This document shows, piece by piece, positions 7,377 through 13,486 of a DNA stretch of 13,486 bases. The first letter of the stretch is position 1; each line of letters begins with the position of its first letter. Under the pieces are notes generated by a model, which saw only the letters and a list, made by a program, of their open reading frames with translations, ran no database searches and was not told the origin of the DNA. The position numbers and the translations under genes are program-made. Origin of the DNA: Oculatellaceae cyanobacterium bins.114 (GTDB lineage: Bacteria > Cyanobacteriota > Cyanobacteriia > Elainellales > Elainellaceae); the NCBI GenBank assembly GCA_033764315.1, contig JANRJA010000225.1:1-13486 (forward strand), read 5' to 3'.

Positions 7377-10300
7377 TTATTTCATGGCAGAACTGACTTG
7401 CTGAATGTTTCGTTCTGGTTGATCAGAGTGCTTTAAAGCTAGAATCACTTGTTCATATGCGATTTCAACATTTGATAGAGCCTCTTCTAGGTCTATCAAA
7501 TGATTCATTTTTGCCATTAACTCTAATGATTGACAGGTTGTTGCTAAATTCACCATGCCGAGATTTAAACTCATCGATCTTAATGCGTGAGCCGATGTTT
7601 TGAGTTGTGTCGCGTCTTGTTGAGTAACAGCTTGTTTGATGTTTTCTAGCAATTCAGGTGCGTCATCTAGAAAGTTTTGCATGAGTTGGTCAATCAGGGT
7701 TGCTGCATCTTCTCCCATCATCTGATGTAGCTCTTTGATCACAGGGGCATCAATCACAGGGGCAGGGGATTTTGTGGATTGGGCAGGGGGCTGACACGGA
7801 GTTGGGGCTTGACCAACCCCTCCACAGCGTTTGATGACTTGCACTAGTTCTTCTAAAAAAACAGGTTTGCTGAGATAATCATTCATCCCAGCTTGTAAAC
7901 ACTCTTCGCGATCGCTCGGCATGGCATGGGCTGTGACGGCCACAATCCGGGGATGAGTTTCAGAACAGAGTTGACGAATCTGACGAGTTGCTGCCAAACC
8001 ATCCATCTCAGGCATCTGTACATCCATAAGAATGAGATCGTAGGATTGGCGTTGAGCAGATTTCACAGCTTCTCGACCGTTATTGGCAATGTCAGCTCGA
8101 TATCCTAATCCCTGTAGAATTCTAACCAAGATTTTTTGATTGACTGTGATGTCATCAACGACCAGTATTTTCAACGGAATTTGTTTAGATAGTGTAGACA
8201 GTGCGGTGGACTGCCCCAATGGGATTGGACTTGCCTCATGCAAGGAGGTTTGACCGGTAACGCTATTAACCAGTGCAGTGTGCAACTGAGTTTGTTTGAT
8301 CGGTTTATTGAGAATGGTGATGGGCTGATGTTCCTGGGCAGATCGGGCGAACGATTTTCCCAGTAACCGTAGCAAAATTATGGGAACGTTTTCATAGTGT
8401 GGCAATGTCCGAATTTTTTGAATCAGCTCTGCACTCTGACCATCTGAGAGTGCTCCTAGCAAAATGATGTTGTAGGTAGGCTCGTGCATCAGGTGTTGCA
8501 GTCCTGTTTCTGAGGTTGCAACCGTATGAGTGATCATCCCCCAAGAAGTTGTCCAATGGGTCAGCGATCGCTGGGTTGTCGCCTGATCTTCGATAATCAG
8601 CAAACGTTTTTGAGCAAGGCGGGAGTCCGGGATAAACCGCTGGGCAACTTTTGCTTGGGCTGTTTCAAATGCCTGAATTGTAAAGTAAAACGTTGACCCA
8701 GAGGACTGCTCCAAAGCTTCGTTCCAGTTAATCCAATGGGAAGAAGGATGCCCCGCGATCGCCTCGCCACTTTTTACCCACATCGTCCCTCCTAGCAGTT
8801 CGCTTAAGCGTTTACTAATGGCAAGCCCTAACCCTGTGCCCCCATATTGGCGGGTAATCGAGTTGTCAGCTTGAACAAAGGGTTGAAATAAATGATGAAT
8901 GCGATTGGGTAAGATGCCTTTACCTGTGTCTTTAACAGCAAATAAGATATCGTAGGTGGTTTCGTCAGAGGTGAGGATCACGGGTGTTGATGGTGAGCCT
9001 TCAGGGGGATGAATAGCTCTAACCGCTGAAATGGGCCGAGCATCCACAAAAATGGTGACTTCACCCGACTTAGTAAATTTGACCGCATTACTTAAGAGAT
9101 TAACTAAGATTTGGCGTAATCGAGTGATGTCTCCTGTAATCACAACGGGAACAGCACTACTCGCTATATAGTTGAGTTCTAATTGCTTTTCGGCTGCCTG
9201 AGAAGAGACCAGATCTAACGCTTCCTCAATACAGTTGGATAAATTAAAGGGTTGTTCTTCTAAATCGAGTTTTCCAGATTCAATTTTAGAAAAGTCAAGG
9301 ATGTCGTTAATCAACGTTAAGAGTGTTTGATTGCTGTTACGGATGATCTCGATATAGTCTCTTTGTTCACTATCAAGTTGGGTATCTAGCAATAACCCAG
9401 TCATGCCAATAATTGCATTCATTGGAGTCCGAATTTCGTGACTCATAGTTGCCAAAAAAGTACTCTTTACTTGAGTCGTCGCTTCAGCTAACTCTTTAGC
9501 CTGTTGTAGCTCCGCCTCAGCTTGTTTGCGTTGAGTAATGTCACGGGCCACCCAAATAACTGTGTTTTCGTCAATGGGTGAGACACTCGCATGTGACCAT
9601 TTTGTTTGTCCTTCCAGAACAATTTCATACTCTACGCAGATAGTTTGTTTTGAGGCCAAAGCTTGGTCAATACAATCTAAAACCAGATCGGCAGTGTTTT
9701 CAGGTAAAATGTCGTGAACTGTTTTACCCAGTCGTTCATGAGCAGGCTTGACTAAAAGATCTGGATTGCCCGCCAGTACTTTGAGGTAACGACCTTGTCG
9801 ATCGAAGACAAAGATCATATCTTGCATCGCTGCAAAAAAGGCTTGCACTTCAATATAGGAATCGGTGAGAAATTGTTCGATTGACTTTCGTTGAGTGATG
9901 TCTTGAACCTGAGAGATAAAGTAAAGGGGATTGGAGTCCTGATCGCGCACTAACCCTAAGCTCAGCAGTCCCCAAACCGTTTTACCAGTTTTATGGATAT
10001 AGCGTTTTTCTAAGTGAAAGCTGGGAATTTTATCCAATAAAATATGCTGTCTTAATTCCAAGCCAAGTGCCAAGTCATCGGGGTGAGTAATGTGTTGAAA
10101 ACTGAGATTTAAAAATTCTGACTCTGAATAACCCAGAATTTGGCTCATTGACGCATTGACTTCTAAAAATCTGCCATCTAGCCCTATGATGCCCATGCCT
10201 ACAGCGGCACTGTCAAAGGCAGACCGAAACCGCTGTTCACTCTGGCGTAAGGCTTCTTCAATTCGTTTGCGATCGCTAATATCGCGATATTGCCACAAAT

Positions 10301-11669
10301 GTCCCTGATAGTCATCACGGTCAACAATGGGGATGTAGTCTCGCTCTAAGATGCGTCCATCTGACAACATAATTTCTTCGCCCAAGACCGGATGCTGAGC
10401 CGTCAACACCTCTTGAACTCGGCTTAAAAACTGTTCTGGCTCTTGAAAGAGGGTTTGAAATTGGGTCAACGATTGTTCGCAATCCACCCCAATCAAGCTT
10501 TCAGGAGAACTATGAATGCCAAATAAATTACAGAATTGTTGATTAGACAGAGCAATTTTGCGAGCTTGATCTTCAACTAAAATGCCTGCTTGTAAACTCT
10601 CAACCAATGTGCTGAGACGGAGTGTGGTTGACTGTAAATGGAGAGCGGCTTGTTTACGAGCGGTGATGTCATGGAGTACACCTAATCCACCAATAATGTC
10701 TCCCGACTCCTCTAACAAAGGGGAGTAACAGGCTTCAAAAAAACCTTTGCGTCCGGTTTCAGCGATAGTATAGGCTCGATTTTGAGTCGTGACTGTTTCA
10801 CCCTGCAATGCTCGCAAGAGATAGTAATCTTCCCCAATCTCTTTCATAAAGGGCAGCACCTCAAAAGCCACTTTCCCAATGGCTTGGTGGCGACGAATTC
10901 CAGTCATCTTTTCCATCGCAGAATTCCAGACAATGTAGCGGCTGCGATGATCAATTGCAAAAATGCCATCCACAGTGCTATTGATTAGCCGTTCAGATAA
11001 CTTTTGTAGCGTCGCTTTTTGAACGGCAGTTGAAAGATGGACACTGAGTTGTTGGAGAAAAGCAATTTCTAAACGGCTCCATACACGCGTACTAGAACAC
11101 TGATGCACAATCAGCCAACCCCAGATTTGAGAATGGCTGATAGGGGTGGAGTTATCCTCAACGACTTGATCTGAAGATAAAGCTTTAGTAGACCCCGATG
11201 AATGGGCTGAGTCAGACAACTCACTTGAGATCATCGAAAGCTCTGATTGCTTGAAAATGGGAACGATTGCATTGGCTCGGACTTGAAAGTGTTCTAATAA
11301 CTTTAAATCAGAGGTTTGCAGATTAGCAGTATAGACATCTTCAATCGATTTAACTTGCCCGTGGATGTAGTTTTGAATATCTTTTTCACAAAGCAAAGGA
11401 TGCTCAATGACAGCACCTAACATCGTTTCCCAGTTTTCGCCAACTGACTCTGCGACAACTTTGCCATGACTCCCTGGTCGCCAACGGTAGATGATTGCTC
11501 GATCTGCCTGGAGCAATTGCTGCACTTCATTCACAGCTTTGTCTAGAATATCATCTAGGGAAATTGCTTTGTGAAGCCGTAGGGCGATCGCGGCAATGCG
11601 ATCGAGAAACTGATGGGAGCTTGACGAAGTTGAAGGAGGATTCATACTATTAAGGACTGACAAATGCAA
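7377..11669 (-). CDS. Multi-sensor hybrid histidine kinase (GAF, 4 PAS, HisKA, HATPase, pseudo-REC, REC, Hpt)
   Basis: Four PAS units ending in DIT/DIS-xRK, H-box [10 protein letters not shown] (His744), N-box [26 protein letters not shown]2 LILMDVQMP (Asp1216) and Hpt SAHALRS (His1361). ATG 11645 (MNPPST) is an alternative start to TTG 11669. Confidence 0.96.
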   Translation of the reverse strand: MHLSVLNSMNPPSTSSSSHQFLDRIAAIALRLHKAISLDDILDKAVNEVQQLLQADRAIIYRWRPGSHGKVVAESVGENWETMLGAVIEHPLLCEKDIQNYIHGQVKSIEDVYTANLQTSDLKLLEHFQVRANAIVPIFKQSELSMISSELSDSAHSSGSTKALSSDQVVEDNSTPISHSQIWGWLIVHQCSSTRVWSRLEIAFLQQLSVHLSTAVQKATLQKLSERLINSTVDGIFAIDHRSRYIVWNSAMEKMTGIRRHQAIGKVAFEVLPFMKEIGEDYYLLRALQGETVTTQNRAYTIAETGRKGFFEACYSPLLEESGDIIGGLGVLHDITARKQAALHLQSTTLRLSTLVESLQAGILVEDQARKIALSNQQFCNLFGIHSSPESLIGVDCEQSLTQFQTLFQEPEQFLSRVQEVLTAQHPVLGEEIMLSDGRILERDYIPIVDRDDYQGHLWQYRDISDRKRIEEALRQSEQRFRSAFDSAAVGMGIIGLDGRFLEVNASMSQILGYSESEFLNLSFQHITHPDDLALGLELRQHILLDKIPSFHLEKRYIHKTGKTVWGLLSLGLVRDQDSNPLYFISQVQDITQRKSIEQFLTDSYIEVQAFFAAMQDMIFVFDRQGRYLKVLAGNPDLLVKPAHERLGKTVHDILPENTADLVLDCIDQALASKQTICVEYEIVLEGQTKWSHASVSPIDENTVIWVARDITQRKQAEAELQQAKELAEATTQVKSTFLATMSHEIRTPMNAIIGMTGLLLDTQLDSEQRDYIEIIRNSNQTLLTLINDILDFSKIESGKLDLEEQPFNLSNCIEEALDLVSSQAAEKQLELNYIASSAVPVVITGDITRLRQILVNLLSNAVKFTKSGEVTIFVDARPISAVRAIHPPEGSPSTPVILTSDETTYDILFAVKDTGKGILPNRIHHLFQPFVQADNSITRQYGGTGLGLAISKRLSELLGGTMWVKSGEAIAGHPSSHWINWNEALEQSSGSTFYFTIQAFETAQAKVAQRFIPDSRLAQKRLLIIEDQATTQRSLTHWTTSWGMITHTVATSETGLQHLMHEPTYNIILLGALSDGQSAELIQKIRTLPHYENVPIILLRLLGKSFARSAQEHQPITILNKPIKQTQLHTALVNSVTGQTSLHEASPIPLGQSTALSTLSKQIPLKILVVDDITVNQKILVRILQGLGYRADIANNGREAVKSAQRQSYDLILMDVQMPEMDGLAATRQIRQLCSETHPRIVAVTAHAMPSDREECLQAGMNDYLSKPVFLEELVQVIKRCGGVGQAPTPCQPPAQSTKSPAPVIDAPVIKELHQMMGEDAATLIDQLMQNFLDDAPELLENIKQAVTQQDATQLKTSAHALRSMSLNLGMVNLATTCQSLELMAKMNHLIDLEEALSNVEIAYEQVILALKHSDQPERNIQQVSSAMK

Positions 11670-11688
11670 GGACGAACGTGCTCTTGAC

Positions 11689-13486
11689 TTACGCTCCTGT
11701 AAAGCAGGCTGTTTGATGCAATGTCAAGGTGGTTGGGGCTGAGTTGATAGAAACAGATTGGGAGTTTTGACCCATACAAGTGGTGAGGAATAAAGTTGTG
11801 CGGTAATACTGACGTAATCGTTCTTGTTGAGTGGTTGTTAACTGCCACTGATGCCCAATGTCGCGATGTTGAATGAGGATGTGGCGGAGTTGGGCTAACC
11901 AGCGATCGCCCTCCGTTACACACCAGTTTTGCAATGTTGTCAGACTGACAATGGCATTCATCAAAGGTTCGAGCAGTGGTTGCAGGTCTTGTTTGAGGGC
12001 AGTTGCCATCGCAAATCGCTGTTCTAAATCAAATGCAAAACACAGCGTGAATCCTTGCTGAAGTTGTGGAGTCAGGATCAAGCTTTGAGCCAGGGTGAGC
12101 AAATGCAGTAGTTCCCAATCTAACGCTAACTCTGGGTGGAGATCAAAGGTCAAGCTAGAGTCGATCGCCAATGCCAAATCTAAGCTCTGGTCTAAAATCA
12201 AAGAGAGATAAAAGGCTTGGACGGCAGCAGGTTGATGAGGGGTTGAAACTTGTTCTGATTTGCGATGAGTCCATTGCAAAATGGTTTGCAATACTGGCTC
12301 ATGTGTGACCAGAGCCGTGGTCTGTTGCTCCATCAGCTTTAATAGTGATTGAGCATTGGGTAATAGCTCAAGGGTGAGTGTAATCACATCTTGCCAGCGA
12401 GAGTCGGCAACATAATGGGCAAGTTGATCTAACGCATAGGAATTCGAGGAATAAGGCACTTTGGCAAGGCTTTGGGTAAAGAACTTGCGAGCCGTCAGAT
12501 ATTCTTGAAAGGTCAGGTGGGAGAAGGAATAAACCCCTTGTGCCCGTTCGACTAATAACCCATGATGCATGACGATGGTTTGCAAAATAGCTGCACTTTC
12601 AATCCACAGCGTCTCTGGGTCGGTGCTGCGATTGGGTAAGGTCGCCAGATATTCAACAATAACGGTTAAAACCTCAGTTTTCTCAAAGAAATATCGACCC
12701 CGCTCAAACATTTTGGCAGCGAGTTGACTGAGAATATTGAGGCGATCGGGCAATGATAAGAGATCCTGTGTTGAGCAGCGATGAATGCCTCGAATGGCAT
12801 CCCATTGCACCAATAGGATATCTAGTCCATGTTGATACAGGCGCGATCGCTTTTTGGGAAACGCCCCTCGTTCTTGAAACACCAGACAGGTAAGGTGTAA
12901 CAAAATGGGGGTGACTGCCAATTCACGAATCGGTTGATTTTCTCGTTTTTGCAGTTCTTCTAAAAACTGTTGAGCTTGTTCTAAGCCATTCTCAGGCGAA
13001 GTTGGATGGATGGCAAGAAACCATTTTTGAATAAATGTGGTGATTTGGCTGGGATCAAAATCTGCCACTTCCATGTAAGTAAAGCCTCGAAAGTGATAAT
13101 CGGGTGCAGCGAGGCGGCAGGTCATCACCATCGGCAATTGAGGATAGGCATCGACCCATTTTTGGATCTGACGCTGAAGAGGTTGGCGTAAGTTGTCCTG
13201 TACTTCATCTAAGCCATCTAGAAACAGCCAGATTTTACCCTCTCGCAAGGCCGTTTGGATTTGCTCTAATGAAGTGCAGCAGTTAGACCAGGCTTGATTG
13301 AGATACTGTTCTAAATCAAATGAATCTGTTTGAGCTTGAGTGACCCAATCGCGCAACGCTATAAAAACAGGAATGCGATCGCCCTGTAAGGTGCCATTGC
13401 TACATTGCAGGGCCAGATATTGTAAAGTAGTTGTTTTTCCAGCTCCTGGTTTGCCTAAAATCATTAACCGAGGATGTAGAGCGATC
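11689..13486 (-). CDS. NACHT-family STAND NTPase with cyanobacterial C-terminal helical domain (NCH2-like), 5'-truncated
   Basis: Walker A GKPGAGKTT, Walker B WLFLDGLDE, MTCR, TPILL, FSHLTFQEY and C-terminal RDIGHQWQL...LRQYY...LFLTTC. The frame stays open upstream of ATG 13464 (IALHPRL) to the window edge, so the real start is outside. Confidence 0.92.
   Translation of the reverse strand, partial: IALHPRLMILGKPGAGKTTTLQYLALQCSNGTLQGDRIPVFIALRDWVTQAQTDSFDLEQYLNQAWSNCCTSLEQIQTALREGKIWLFLDGLDEVQDNLRQPLQRQIQKWVDAYPQLPMVMTCRLAAPDYHFRGFTYMEVADFDPSQITTFIQKWFLAIHPTSPENGLEQAQQFLEELQKRENQPIRELAVTPILLHLTCLVFQERGAFPKKRSRLYQHGLDILLVQWDAIRGIHRCSTQDLLSLPDRLNILSQLAAKMFERGRYFFEKTEVLTVIVEYLATLPNRSTDPETLWIESAAILQTIVMHHGLLVERAQGVYSFSHLTFQEYLTARKFFTQSLAKVPYSSNSYALDQLAHYVADSRWQDVITLTLELLPNAQSLLKLMEQQTTALVTHEPVLQTILQWTHRKSEQVSTPHQPAAVQAFYLSLILDQSLDLALAIDSSLTFDLHPELALDWELLHLLTLAQSLILTPQLQQGFTLCFAFDLEQRFAMATALKQDLQPLLEPLMNAIVSLTTLQNWCVTEGDRWLAQLRHILIQHRDIGHQWQLTTTQQERLRQYYRTTLFLTTCMGQNSQSVSINSAPTTLTLHQTACFTGA

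Larger units (their letters stand above)
1507..13382. repeat. Dispersed HIP1 palindromes (GCGATCGC), 15 complete copies
   Basis: Copies start at 1507, 2380, 3633, 3895, 5360, 6845, 7000, 7908, 8564, 8755, 10269, 11584, 11902, 12843 and 13375, plus GCGATC cut at the right edge. HIP1 enrichment is a cyanobacterial hallmark. Confidence 0.95.

Noticed and set aside
7738..7764. ATCACAGGGGCA direct repeat with 15-bp period
   Set aside because: A small in-frame duplication ([10 protein letters not shown]) in the Pro-rich REC-Hpt linker, which is ordinary linker variation.
11642..13286. Short ORFs overlapping the NACHT gene
   Set aside because: Alternative-frame or antisense shadows with no independent support.

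Overview
Cyanobacterial DNA (15 complete HIP1 octamers, GCGATCGC) in which every supported gene lies on the minus strand. In transcription order (right to left): a 5'-truncated NACHT (STAND) NTPase; a 1430-aa hybrid sensor kinase (degenerate CBCR-type GAF, 4 PAS, HisKA, HATPase, pseudo-REC, REC, Hpt); a stand-alone receiver protein; a B12-binding radical SAM protein; a DUF3134-like small acidic protein; a 43-aa Lys-rich ORF absent from the ORF track; an FtsH4-type protease; an SbtB/CPII-like P-II protein with no sbtA beside it; and the probable 5' stub of a gene cut by an IS66-family element, whose transposase (also absent from the ORF track) runs off the left edge. The best leads are the NACHT-kinase-regulator linkage, the ftsH4 / P-II-like / disrupted-gene cluster, the small basic protein with its own RBS and terminator, and a GAF domain that has lost its bilin-binding residues. 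All family calls come from motif recognition by eye; no searches were run, and novelty is not established.
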